A stretch of DNA of 64,000 bases, from IMG/VR virus record IMGVR_UViG_3300021400_000095. The stretch is one strand, 5' to 3'. The notes beneath the pieces are model-generated. The model did not search any database. It was given only the letters and a program-made list of their open reading frames with translations, and was not told the origin of the DNA. Below are positions 48,477 through 58,994 of this stretch, piece after piece. The position numbers and the translations under genes were made by a program. The first letter of the stretch is position 1. Each line of letters starts with the position of its first letter. The stretch comes from a virus. Its lineage: Duplodnaviria > Caudoviricetes.

Positions 48477-49447
48477 AGAAAGTATTTTTTAATACATACT
48501 TATTTTTCAAAGGTTTATTTTTTGGTATGAAAGGTGCTGATGATATTATTTCACAGAAAGCATCATATAGTTCAGGAGATATTGAAATAGACCAAGAAAA
48601 GCATGTTGATAATATATATAGTCAACTTATTGCAGGAAAAGAAACCCAAGAAGTTAAAGAATTAAGGGATGAATATTATAGGGTAGTAAGGGAGGCTAAT
48701 AACTTTCATGTTGATGTGACAGGTAGTTTAGAGGAAGGTGCAACAGGAGATTTAAAGGCAAAGGCAAGAAAAAAGACTGCACTTGATTTTACATGTAAGA
48801 TTGAAGTGTTTAATCCTGAAAAATTACCAGTAAGAGTTATACAAGATAATAAATTAATTCCAAAACATGGAAATTTTTTTGCTGATGATTTATTCAGTTA
48901 TGGGACAAATGATTTTGTTTCAATTTTTACAGTTAAAAGAAATTTCATACCAAGGTTTGCACTTGAAAACTATGCCAATAAGGTTGTTGTTAGAACTATT
49001 AATGATGAATATTCATATATTGATATATATACAACCATTTATGCAAGTCAGTTTGGTAAAGTTGATGCAATTTTAATTTCCCAATTAAATGATTTAATAA
49101 AGACAAAGAATAAGAAATCAGATATTACAGATTTGTCTGAATTTTCATTTGTAACTGATAAGGCTTATGGTGAAAATGATTTATATGAATTTTCATTTGG
49201 TGAAATTAAATATGAAGGAATTAATGTTTTTGATGGAAATTTTGTTTTAACATTTAAAGGCAAAAACATTAAGAATGGTTTTGATATAACAGAGAAATAT
49301 AAGACAAAAGAATTGGATGAAAAGTTAAAAAACAAAAGTCCAAGAAATAAAGTAGAGGGTATAGATTTATTTGCCATTGATAGAAAAATAAAGAAGGAAG
49401 AAGAAAACTTTTCAACAACAAAGTTAGAGTTTTCAAATCCTGAATAA
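48470..49447 (+). CDS. Hypothetical protein
   Basis: 325 aa ORF. Confidence 0.6.
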   Translation: MLKKVFFNTYLFFKGLFFGMKGADDIISQKASYSSGDIEIDQEKHVDNIYSQLIAGKETQEVKELRDEYYRVVREANNFHVDVTGSLEEGATGDLKAKARKKTALDFTCKIEVFNPEKLPVRVIQDNKLIPKHGNFFADDLFSYGTNDFVSIFTVKRNFIPRFALENYANKVVVRTINDEYSYIDIYTTIYASQFGKVDAILISQLNDLIKTKNKKSDITDLSEFSFVTDKAYGENDLYEFSFGEIKYEGINVFDGNFVLTFKGKNIKNGFDITEKYKTKELDEKLKNKSPRNKVEGIDLFAIDRKIKKEEENFSTTKLEFSNPE

Positions 49448-49458
49448 AATAAAGTAAA

Positions 49459-50046
49459 ATGAAAACAAGGATTGCAATTGATTTAAATGATGTAATCAGA
49501 GATTATACTGATAATTTTATTAAAAATTATCTTTTGAATTACAACAGAGAATTTGATACAACTGATTTTTCCATATGGACTAATGACATGGAAACTTTAC
49601 TACCTTTTAAAACAAGGCATGCATATGAAAATTTTGTTTATGAAGATTATTCATATGAACTTTATGGTAAATGTGATACATGTACAAAGAACACACAAAT
49701 AGATTTAAACAGTTGGTTAGAATCATTAAAGGAAATTGAAGATAATGAAATAGATGTCATGTTTGTTTCACCAATGGAATATGGGCCAACAATTGGCTAT
49801 ACATACTTTTTCATTTCAAAACTAAATACAAGTGTAAGAAGGGTATATTTACCAAAAGATTCTTCAACAATTTGGGATGAATGTGACATTTTAATAACAG
49901 CAAATCCAATGTTATTAAATAATAAGCCTGAAGGTAAAACATCAATTAAAATAGAAAAAGAATATAATCAAAATTGTGATGCAGATTATAGTTATAAGAC
50001 TTTTAGTGCATTTACTAAAGATGAAAATAATATATTAAACAAATAA
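49459..50046 (+). CDS. HAD-family 5'(3')-deoxyribonucleotidase-like protein
   Basis: RIAIDLNDVIRD (DxxD variant), D.LI, YN. Confidence 0.65.
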   Translation: MKTRIAIDLNDVIRDYTDNFIKNYLLNYNREFDTTDFSIWTNDMETLLPFKTRHAYENFVYEDYSYELYGKCDTCTKNTQIDLNSWLESLKEIEDNEIDVMFVSPMEYGPTIGYTYFFISKLNTSVRRVYLPKDSSTIWDECDILITANPMLLNNKPEGKTSIKIEKEYNQNCDADYSYKTFSAFTKDENNILNK

Positions 50047-50049
50047 AAT

Positions 50050-50394
50050 ATGGGGAACAAATATTTTAGCATTGAAGGTAAAAAATATTATCTTGACTTT
50101 GAAAAAATCAGAGAAATATGGAATCAGAGTAAAAATGATATTCTAACAGATGTAGAAATAACAGATGTTTCATCTTTAGATGATGAAGCAAATAATGAAT
50201 TTGTTAATCAAAAGATTATTAAAGAAAACAAATATTGCAATACACAAACAGATGTATTAATGCAAGATATTGTAAAGGCATGTATTTTAGGTATACTTGA
50301 AATTGAGACATTAGATGGTGATGATACAACATTTGGAGAAATGATATGTTTTAATACATGCTTAAAATTTGGAATAATAAAAGAAATCAATTAA
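50050..50394 (+). CDS. Hypothetical protein
   Basis: 114 aa ORF in operon. Confidence 0.55.
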   Translation: MGNKYFSIEGKKYYLDFEKIREIWNQSKNDILTDVEITDVSSLDDEANNEFVNQKIIKENKYCNTQTDVLMQDIVKACILGILEIETLDGDDTTFGEMICFNTCLKFGIIKEIN

Positions 50395-50397
50395 AAT

Positions 50398-51510
50398 ATG
50401 GCAAAATTAACAGAACAAGAAATGCTTCAAGTTGTTGAAGAAAGTATAAAGAAAATTGAAAATAAGGATTTTACTGCATATTTTTTAGTAATTGACACAA
50501 AAGGAAACCCATCAGGTTCTCTTGAATACATTTATCAAACAGCATTCACTTTAAGAGAACTTGGTTATAATGCAGTAATAATTCACAATGATAAAGAATT
50601 TGTTGGTGTTGAGGAATGGCTTGGAAAGAAATATGCTGATTTACCACATAAGAATTTTGAAACAGAAAATGTTGAGATTGGGCCTTCTGACTTTTTATTC
50701 ATTCCTGAAATTTTTGCAAACATTGTTGGTCAATTAAAGAATATTAGTTGTAAAAAAATAATGATAGTTCAAAACTATAATTATTTACCTGAATTCATGC
50801 CAATTTCAAGTACTTTGGATGATATGAAGATTAATGATGTTGTAACAACAACTAATGTTCAGGCAACAAAGGTAAAGGAATATTTTCCAACAGTTCAAAC
50901 ACATGTTGTTGCACCAAGTATTAAAAAGGTTTTTAGAAATAGTGATAAACCAAGAAAGTTAATTATAAATGTTGTTTCCAAGAATCAAGAAGATGTTTAT
51001 AGAATTATGAAACCATTCTATTGGAAATATCCTATTTACAAGTGGATTTCATTCAGGGAACTAAGAGGTCTTGACCAAGAAACTTTAAGTACTGCACTAA
51101 GGGAAACACCTATAACTGTTTGCATTGATGCAGAAACTAATTTTGGATATGTTGAACTTGAAGCACTAAGATGTGGCTCAATAGTATTAGCAAAAATACC
51201 AAGCACACCTAGTGATTGGAATCTTGAAACTGACAAGAATGGTGAGCAACATTTAACTGATGCATGTGTTTGGTTTGATAACATTGACAGTGTTCCTGAT
51301 ATGCTTGCAAGTATTATTAGAACATGGACACTTGATAGAATTCCTTCAGAAGTATATAATAATCTACATAAATTTGATTTAATGTTCACACCTGAGCAGC
51401 AATCAAAAGAAATTGAAAGAGTTTATGGGCATGACATCTTTGAAAAAAGATTAAATGATTTGAAAGAATTCCACATTCAATTAAAGAATAATATAAATGA
51501 GAATAAATAA
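50398..51510 (+). CDS. Glycosyltransferase (GT-B-like)
   Basis: G..IY..A..L...GY, IPE, NFG...LEALRCG. Confidence 0.65.
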   Translation: MAKLTEQEMLQVVEESIKKIENKDFTAYFLVIDTKGNPSGSLEYIYQTAFTLRELGYNAVIIHNDKEFVGVEEWLGKKYADLPHKNFETENVEIGPSDFLFIPEIFANIVGQLKNISCKKIMIVQNYNYLPEFMPISSTLDDMKINDVVTTTNVQATKVKEYFPTVQTHVVAPSIKKVFRNSDKPRKLIINVVSKNQEDVYRIMKPFYWKYPIYKWISFRELRGLDQETLSTALRETPITVCIDAETNFGYVELEALRCGSIVLAKIPSTPSDWNLETDKNGEQHLTDACVWFDNIDSVPDMLASIIRTWTLDRIPSEVYNNLHKFDLMFTPEQQSKEIERVYGHDIFEKRLNDLKEFHIQLKNNINENK

Positions 51511-51513
51511 AAT

Positions 51514-52305
51514 ATGAAAGATTTAACAGTAATTGTTCCAATACATGAATATACTGAAGAAGTAGAAAAGTTACTTACAAATGCAGTTGAGAGTTACAAG
51601 AAAATTGCAGATGATGAAAATATTTTAATGTTTGTTGGCCCTGCCAAAGTTTTGGATAAAGTCAAAAAAATGTCAGTTTTAGATGGAAACAACAATGTTG
51701 TGTTTCTTGAAAACAAGGATATTGATTTTTGTACACAAATAAATGTTGCAGTAGATGCATGTGTAACAAAATATTTCTCAATTCTTGAATTTGATGATTT
51801 GTATATGCCAAACTGGTTTAAGAATGCAGAAGCATATATGGAATTAGATAATAACATTTCAGTTGTATTACCATTAACTGAAATTGTTATGGCTGATAAA
51901 ATGGAAGATGGACCTGTTGGTTATGTAAATGAGGCTGTTTGGGCAACATCTTTTTCTGATGAAATTGGTTATCTTGATATTGAAGCACTTTTAACTTATA
52001 TGAATTTTAATACTACAGGTGGAATTTTTAACAAGGAAGATTTTATTAAAATTGGAAAACTTAAGAAATCAATTAAATTAACCTATTGGTATGAATATTT
52101 ATTAAGAAGTGTATATAATGGTAAAAAGGTATATGTTGTACCAAAAGTTGGATATCAACATTTCTTGAATAGAAAGGGTTCAATTTCAGACACATATAAT
52201 AATACTTTAACACCTGATGAAGCTGATTTCTGGATTGAATTAGCACAAAAAGACTACTTATTCAACAAAGAAAGAGATAAGTCACACTATCAATTTGAGC
52301 AATAA
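51514..52305 (+). CDS. Glycosyltransferase family 2-like
   Basis: LTVIVPIH, N.AV..C.TKYF.ILEFDD. Confidence 0.7.
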   Translation: MKDLTVIVPIHEYTEEVEKLLTNAVESYKKIADDENILMFVGPAKVLDKVKKMSVLDGNNNVVFLENKDIDFCTQINVAVDACVTKYFSILEFDDLYMPNWFKNAEAYMELDNNISVVLPLTEIVMADKMEDGPVGYVNEAVWATSFSDEIGYLDIEALLTYMNFNTTGGIFNKEDFIKIGKLKKSIKLTYWYEYLLRSVYNGKKVYVVPKVGYQHFLNRKGSISDTYNNTLTPDEADFWIELAQKDYLFNKERDKSHYQFEQ

Positions 52306-52437
52306 AATAATAATGCAAACATGGGGTACTTAATGTGCCCCATGCATCAACATAAGACTTGTTATACAAGTATGTCAGGAAAGTACACTTAATTGTGTAG
52401 AAATGATGCTGCTTAAGAAAAAAATCAGTAAGCACAA

Positions 52438-53310
52438 ATGGGAAGAGGAAGAAAACCAAAAGAAAGAAAAGGTTATTTTTATGAAAAAGAAGAACAAGCA
52501 GTAATAGACTACATTAATTCAACAAATAACATTGAAAAAAACCATATTTTTAATACCATATTATTTCCTGCTTTTAGTAAAATGATTGAATCAATCATTA
52601 GAAGATATAAATTATATGTCCCTGATGAAGATTTTGACCAAACATTTAATGATACTATATCATATTTGATGACAAAAATCATGCATTATAAGCCTATTAT
52701 TTATGAATATGAAGAAATTGATTCAATACCTGATGGCATAATACCTGTAATGGTTAATGAAGTTGATAAGAAAGAAATTTTTAAAAATGCCACAAGCGGT
52801 AGTCCAAAATATATTATCATAAATTCACTTGATGATATTGTACCATATGAATTAAATGAGAAGAAATATAGAGCCTTTTCATATTGTCAAACAATTTGTA
52901 AAAATTATTTAATGTTTAAGGGCATACAATATGTTAAAGGACAACAAAGAAATTTGCCATATGAATCAGATTCATTTGAAAATAATTACAAATATGCAAC
53001 AGAAGAAAACAATAGTTATATTTTGGCTGAAAAATTGATAAAAAAATCATCAAATGAAATCCTAAAGATGGTTAAATCACCTAAAGAATATGATTTAAAT
53101 GATAGTGAACTAAAAGTTGGTTATGCTCTTGTTGATTTGTTAAACAATTGGGACAAGTTGGTGATTGAAAATGGTAGTAATAAACTCCAAAAAAACTCAG
53201 TTCTTTATTTCTTAAGAGAAGAAACAATGATGTCAACAAAATTAGTTAGGGACAATATGAAGAAATTTAAAACATTATATTATCTATTAAAGGAAAAGGA
53301 ACTTGAATAG
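52438..53310 (+). CDS. Putative phage sigma-like (late, T4 gp55-like) transcription factor
   Basis: YF...E.AV..Y, F.KM.E.II, AFSY..TI.KNYL region-2-like motif. Confidence 0.5.
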   Translation: MGRGRKPKERKGYFYEKEEQAVIDYINSTNNIEKNHIFNTILFPAFSKMIESIIRRYKLYVPDEDFDQTFNDTISYLMTKIMHYKPIIYEYEEIDSIPDGIIPVMVNEVDKKEIFKNATSGSPKYIIINSLDDIVPYELNEKKYRAFSYCQTICKNYLMFKGIQYVKGQQRNLPYESDSFENNYKYATEENNSYILAEKLIKKSSNEILKMVKSPKEYDLNDSELKVGYALVDLLNNWDKLVIENGSNKLQKNSVLYFLREETMMSTKLVRDNMKKFKTLYYLLKEKELE

Positions 53311-53345
53311 AAAACAGGTAACAACTATTTATAAGAAAAAAGAAA

Positions 53346-53747
53346 ATGGCAAAATATAAAGTTAAATTAAATTCAATTGAAAAAATTGAAGAACTTCTTC
53401 AAGAAATTTATGAGGAAGCATGTAGATTGATTGTACAAATACAATGTGAGATTGATAAAATACAAAATAGCACTAATTTAGGTGCTGAAAATATTACCAT
53501 TGATGATAAAGCAAAGTATGCAAAAGCAATGAATGATTTCATGAATGCAAAGAAAAAAGCAATTGATAGTAAATTTGAAATTGCAAAATTTATGGGTGAA
53601 CTTGCAAAGCATAGTGGTGATATTGCTAACACATTGAATGACCCTTCTTTTGTAAAAGAAACAAAGCTTAATTTGGCTGGTTTGAGAAATGCAGCATTTG
53701 AAGACACTGGTGATAATGATTTTGATTCCTATAACTTAAAGAAATAA
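53346..53747 (+). CDS. Hypothetical coiled-coil protein
   Basis: First gene of a late-motif operon. Confidence 0.55.
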   Translation: MAKYKVKLNSIEKIEELLQEIYEEACRLIVQIQCEIDKIQNSTNLGAENITIDDKAKYAKAMNDFMNAKKKAIDSKFEIAKFMGELAKHSGDIANTLNDPSFVKETKLNLAGLRNAAFEDTGDNDFDSYNLKK

Positions 53748-55708
53748 TGAACAGTGAAAGTAGAATAATTGGTCTAATAGGTGCAATACAAACACTCATA
53801 GAGAATTTCCCTATGAGTGTGCTTTCAGTTAGAGGCAAGACCTATACATCAGCAATGGATTTTATCTTAGACATTCTAAGACAAATTGGATTGGATGAAA
53901 TAACATTGACTGATGAAATTATAAAACTTTTCTTTAATGTTCCTAATGCCATAGAAATATATGGAAACATGGGAACACTTGTCTATAAACCAATTAAAAA
54001 ACCCACTGATGAGCAAATTAAAAATGCACAATATAGAACAAATGTTCCAACAGATGTGTCAATTGATGACCCTGATTATATTGTTGTAAATAATGTTTAT
54101 TATTTTAAAACAACAAATGTGTCACATGATGTACAAAGTGAATTTGTTAATGGGCTTGAAGATTCTGTAAAAAATATTATAATGAATATTCTTACAGCAA
54201 TTTTGTCTTGTTCCATTGTCCCTGAAATACCTGATTATGATTTAGATTTATCTGAACAATATAGAATTGAATTACCTTTATCATTAATTGACACTTGTAA
54301 CTATCTAAACATTTGCCCAACAACAGAAATAGGACAAAATTTCTATAATGTAGACTATAATATAACACCAAACACATTGTATAAATCAAAAGATTTAAAT
54401 GCTTTTATTTGGTATGTTTTAAATAGAGGAACTACTATTAACCAAACTGAAATAAATAAAATGATGTGGGATAGTAGAATGAAATCTGAAAATTATAGTG
54501 ATTATAATAGAAACACACCTGAAAAATGGAATTCATGGCTTTCATCAAAAACAGGTCCAACAACCACTAATCCAAATAACATTTTATATGCTTCAGGCAA
54601 AACAAATGAATATTTTAATGCATTAGAAGATAGTGAAGGAAGAAATACTACAACACAAATTCCACTTCACCCAATAATTCAGTTTTATCCAAATAATAGT
54701 GTAACAGGTGAAAAAACTTTAAATCTTTTAATATCAAGTCAAAGTTATTGGCAACCAAACAGAACATTTAATAAAAGTATTTATGAATTCAATAAGGATT
54801 ATTTGGAAAATATAAAAATTTTTTCACCAAGAGTTCTTGTTGCAAGCATGATTAATGAATTATTGAATGGCAATGTTTTAGGCTCATTAGGCTTAAGTTA
54901 TAGTATTGAAGAAAATTATATTGATGCACAAATTAATGAAATTGTAAAAAGAGCATTGGAAGAGGATGATATGACAATTTCAGATTGCTATTTCACATTT
55001 TCAAATGATGAATATAATAAAATGCTTGCCAACATGGAAGTTCAAAGATATGGTGGAAAAGTATTAAATAGTGAAACAGCACCTGTAATTAAGATTGGAA
55101 AAGACTTTGGCATTGATAAATTGAATGAAATTAATTCAATGGCAACCATTAATGAAAAGATTACAACAATAACTAAAACAATATATGACATTGCAGCAAT
55201 ACCAGGAACAGATGCTTCAATAGAAATTAGTGATAAATTAAGTTTAGGTTACAATAATGAATGGCTTAGACAAATTTTAATGTCTATTATCAGACCAATT
55301 GTAAAATCATTACTTTCACCTAAACTTATGTTATTGTTTTTAATTGATTTTGAAATAATGGGTTTAATAAACCTTGAAGATATTAATGCAATTAAAAATA
55401 TTAATGATATATTGAATATATTTTATAGGAAAATTTTTGGTGCAATGATTTCTGTTATCAGATATATTAAAGATAAGATAATTGAGTTTTTACTTAATCT
55501 TTTCTTTAAGCACATTGAGCCATTACTAATCAAATTCTTTGCTATTGTTTTAACTGAAAAACTTGATGCATGGATTGCACTATTAGCAGAGGCTGCTGCC
55601 TGTCTTCCAAGATTTAAACAGCAAAAAGTATTAACAGAAATTGATGATGTTAACTATGCTGATATAACAAAAACAAGTGATGTTCCTGAATCATCAGTAA
55701 CTTGCTAA
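53747..55708 (+). CDS. Hypothetical virion (baseplate-region) protein
   Basis: 653 aa with long amphipathic helices; upstream of spike gene. Confidence 0.45.
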   Translation: MNSESRIIGLIGAIQTLIENFPMSVLSVRGKTYTSAMDFILDILRQIGLDEITLTDEIIKLFFNVPNAIEIYGNMGTLVYKPIKKPTDEQIKNAQYRTNVPTDVSIDDPDYIVVNNVYYFKTTNVSHDVQSEFVNGLEDSVKNIIMNILTAILSCSIVPEIPDYDLDLSEQYRIELPLSLIDTCNYLNICPTTEIGQNFYNVDYNITPNTLYKSKDLNAFIWYVLNRGTTINQTEINKMMWDSRMKSENYSDYNRNTPEKWNSWLSSKTGPTTTNPNNILYASGKTNEYFNALEDSEGRNTTTQIPLHPIIQFYPNNSVTGEKTLNLLISSQSYWQPNRTFNKSIYEFNKDYLENIKIFSPRVLVASMINELLNGNVLGSLGLSYSIEENYIDAQINEIVKRALEEDDMTISDCYFTFSNDEYNKMLANMEVQRYGGKVLNSETAPVIKIGKDFGIDKLNEINSMATINEKITTITKTIYDIAAIPGTDASIEISDKLSLGYNNEWLRQILMSIIRPIVKSLLSPKLMLLFLIDFEIMGLINLEDINAIKNINDILNIFYRKIFGAMISVIRYIKDKIIEFLLNLFFKHIEPLLIKFFAIVLTEKLDAWIALLAEAAACLPRFKQQKVLTEIDDVNYADITKTSDVPESSVTC

Positions 55709-55732
55709 ATAATATTTAAAACCCAATGAACA

Positions 55733-56128
55733 ATGTTAACATTAGATAAAATATCAAGTGTTATAACCAATACACTTAATAAAATGAAAACACCTGCTGA
55801 TATATTGCCAACAGTTCTGTTAAATTGTGTGGCAATGAGAAGACCAGGATTATCAGCAGCAAAAATTGCTGCACAAATTATAAGCAACAACAATGCTATT
55901 GGCATACCAACAGGTTTAAATCCTGATGGGACACCTAATATGATAAATGAATATACATATAACATTGTTAAGTGTGTTATTGATGCAATCCAACAAGATG
56001 GTGTTGTTCAAGTTGCAATTCCAGCAGGTTCAATCATGGTTCAAACTGAAGGTGCAAATGCTGGTGGCCCACTTGTTGGTGTTGGAACAAATGTAATAAA
56101 TTCAGTAGCTAAAGGTTTAATTAGGTAA
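55733..56128 (+). CDS. Hypothetical baseplate/spike-associated protein
   Basis: GIPTG..PDG, G.NAGGP motifs; adjacent to spike gene. Confidence 0.45.
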   Translation: MLTLDKISSVITNTLNKMKTPADILPTVLLNCVAMRRPGLSAAKIAAQIISNNNAIGIPTGLNPDGTPNMINEYTYNIVKCVIDAIQQDGVVQVAIPAGSIMVQTEGANAGGPLVGVGTNVINSVAKGLIR

Positions 56129-56129
56129 T

Positions 56130-56318
56130 ATGGAATTTAAAAATATAAAAGAATTAAGTAATGGTGAACTTGACATTTATAAATTAGAGTTATATCATCA
56201 ATATGAAGCATTGAAAACAAAAATTGATAGAATGTGTGATGAACTTGACAAAATTTCATCAGAATATGATAAGGCAAAAAAAGAAATAAGAATAAGACAA
56301 AGTAAAATATATAAATAA
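56130..56318 (+). CDS. Small coiled-coil hypothetical protein
   Basis: Tightly coupled to both neighbours. Confidence 0.5.
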   Translation: MEFKNIKELSNGELDIYKLELYHQYEALKTKIDRMCDELDKISSEYDKAKKEIRIRQSKIYK

Positions 56319-57211
56319 TGGCAGAAAATTTTGCATTGGTTAGATTGGCAAAAGTTTTATCAGTAAAAGACATTGCAGATGGTGATAGAATTAAAGTTAG
56401 ATTGTTACCAGAAGATGCAGGAAAAGAAACTGAAGTCATTGACAATGTTTTACCTATCATACCAAAATTATTACATATAAAGCCAAAAGTTGGTGAAATG
56501 GTTTTGATTTTGACTGCACAAGCAACAGATGGTAACAGTCAAAGATATTATTTTGGTCCTGTGATTTCTCAAAAAAACCATATGTATTATGAACCATATG
56601 AAAAAGAAGCAACATCACTATACAAAGGCTCAACTGTCTCACCTGAACAAGCACAAGATATGATTCCTGAAACAAATGGTGCATTTCCTAAAGATGAAGA
56701 TATTTCACTTGAAGGTAGAAAAAACACAGGAATCCAATTAACAGATGATGATGTTAGAATTAAAGCAGGTGTTAAAGTTGTAAAACCAGGAACAAATAAT
56801 AGAGAAATACAATTTAATACAAAAAATCCTGCATATGTAAAACTAAAGTTTAATGATGAACAGCAACACACCAATAAAGGTAAAGAATATCAAAGTACAG
56901 CACTTGTGGTTGCTGATAAAATAAACCTGATTGGAACTGACAGTAAGCTTGTTGCAGAAAATAAAGAAATCAAAATTACAGACCCTGATGATTTGGCAAC
57001 AGATGAAGCAATGAAAGCAATTATTGATAAAGCACATCAATTACCATATGGTGACATACTTGTTGATTTCTTAAAATTGATGAGAACTGCACTTTTAACA
57101 CATGTACACCCATTCTCAGGAACACCACCATGTATTATTGGAACACCTTTAGAAACTGTACAGACTTATGATATGAATAAAATTTTATCAGATACAGTTA
57201 GAATATCTTAA
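56318..57211 (+). CDS. Baseplate central spike (gp5/gpV-like OB fold with HxH tip)
   Basis: RIKVRL, P...PKVGEMVLI, C-terminal THVHP. Confidence 0.7.
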   Translation: MAENFALVRLAKVLSVKDIADGDRIKVRLLPEDAGKETEVIDNVLPIIPKLLHIKPKVGEMVLILTAQATDGNSQRYYFGPVISQKNHMYYEPYEKEATSLYKGSTVSPEQAQDMIPETNGAFPKDEDISLEGRKNTGIQLTDDDVRIKAGVKVVKPGTNNREIQFNTKNPAYVKLKFNDEQQHTNKGKEYQSTALVVADKINLIGTDSKLVAENKEIKITDPDDLATDEAMKAIIDKAHQLPYGDILVDFLKLMRTALLTHVHPFSGTPPCIIGTPLETVQTYDMNKILSDTVRIS

Positions 57212-57215
57212 AAAG

Positions 57216-57241
57216 AAAAGACCTCATGTGAGGTCTTTTTT
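57216..57241. terminator. Bidirectional terminator
   Basis: AAAAGACCTCA..TGAGGTCTTTT. Confidence 0.75.
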
Positions 57242-57242
57242 G

Positions 57243-58766
57243 TTATTCATATCTTTCTGTTACATCACTTACAACTGTGAATCTTAATACCTTTTTAAAA
57301 TATTTAATCTCCCTACCTAAGTTTACTTTTATGTCTACAAAATACTCATGTGGTACTAAATCTGCTGTGTAAATCAAGAAGAAATTGTTTAAGAAATTCT
57401 TATCAATAGGATGATAATCAATGACAGTTAACTCTCTGTTTCCATCTTTAATATATAATCTGTATTCAGCACTATCTATTAATTCTTTGACATCTGTTTC
57501 ATATTCTTTCCTGAAATCTACTGTAATTTCTCTTACTTCACCTCTATGTAGAACTTCAGCATCATTGATTCCATATAAACTTGGTACAAAACTACTCTTA
57601 TTAGATGACCTGTTTCCAACCACTAAGAAATTTGATTGTGGTTTAACTTCAAACTCTAATTCAATATCATCTATTTTTTGGCCATTTAAAGACAAATTAG
57701 ACCATTTGTCATAACCAATGGTTCCATCCTCCAACTTAATCTTTTGAGGCTCAATATGGGCAAAATAGACACCTTTTTGGGCTTGTTGGACTTCAAATTC
57801 AACACCATCAATTGTACAAGTTGGAATATTGTCAAGATTTACTGGTTCACCATTTATATTTGAATAAAGATACAAATCATTTTCCCTACCAAGGCAAAAA
57901 TTTTCTCTATCATCAGAAACTGTTTTACAATACTTTGCTTCAATATATGGATGGAAGAAAGTATTTGTATTATTAGTAAAGAAACCAACATATTGTGGCA
58001 TTATAGTTTCCATTCTTTCAATATTAGGGGAAAACATAATACCAATACCATAATTTTCTTCACCATTTACCAAATCAATTATATATTTTGTTATATCAAT
58101 ACAAAGATTTTCATTCCCAAAATCAAAATGTTGTTCTCCAATAACAATAGATTGTTCATTGTTTTTGAATAAATCATACTGTTCTTTTAAAAATTCATTT
58201 GAATAAACACCACCTTCAAGAATAATTTTTCTTCTTATTGTGTTTCCTTCTTCATCTTCTTCCAAAACCCAAATATTTTTTGGTGAAATATTTAAATTAG
58301 GGTCATTTAAATCTATCTTTTCTTTATCCACTGGCCAGACATAACCATCACTACTAAAATACCAGTTTGATGGGTTATCATTAAAAGACCTATTATTATT
58401 AATCCAAAAATCAGCAACAAAATCAAAACCTCTACCTTCATCAAAATGTGCAGGTAGTTTAAATGCAATTATATCAAAAGATGCTGCTCTTTGTCTAATT
58501 TCTTTACCATTTAATAAAAGTTTTTCAAGAGGATATCCATCAACTGAAAAACAATTTGTCATTTTTAATTTTACTGATAAATTATCTAAATCAGCAAATG
58601 TTTTATCTTTAATAAGGTCAAGTATTTCATTTTCATCAAAATGAATTAATCCCCTTGTAATTACTTTTCTGCCATAATTTAATTCCATTACAGGATTAAG
58701 ACCCATATTAGAATATTGGCCTTTTACAATTGTATTTACTTTATCTAAAAAAAAGTGTCTTACCAT
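57243..58766 (-). CDS. Hypothetical virion structural protein
   Basis: 507 aa beta-rich; late motif upstream. Confidence 0.5.
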   Translation of the reverse strand: MVRHFFLDKVNTIVKGQYSNMGLNPVMELNYGRKVITRGLIHFDENEILDLIKDKTFADLDNLSVKLKMTNCFSVDGYPLEKLLLNGKEIRQRAASFDIIAFKLPAHFDEGRGFDFVADFWINNNRSFNDNPSNWYFSSDGYVWPVDKEKIDLNDPNLNISPKNIWVLEEDEEGNTIRRKIILEGGVYSNEFLKEQYDLFKNNEQSIVIGEQHFDFGNENLCIDITKYIIDLVNGEENYGIGIMFSPNIERMETIMPQYVGFFTNNTNTFFHPYIEAKYCKTVSDDRENFCLGRENDLYLYSNINGEPVNLDNIPTCTIDGVEFEVQQAQKGVYFAHIEPQKIKLEDGTIGYDKWSNLSLNGQKIDDIELEFEVKPQSNFLVVGNRSSNKSSFVPSLYGINDAEVLHRGEVREITVDFRKEYETDVKELIDSAEYRLYIKDGNRELTVIDYHPIDKNFLNNFFLIYTADLVPHEYFVDIKVNLGREIKYFKKVLRFTVVSDVTERYE

Positions 58767-58994
58767 TATCTTTATACATTTATATATAAATAGTTGTAAT
58801 TTAAGAACAAAATTTTTTTTTATAATAATTATTTTTATTAAGTTTTGGTTATTAATATGTTATGTATTTAGCAAATAAAATACTTTATTTTGATTGATTT
58901 TTTTCTTTCATTATAAACTATTTATTAGTAGTTGAAGGAATTTATTTTCTGGCCAGAAAAATTATATTGAAAATAATGAACTAAAACTATGTGA

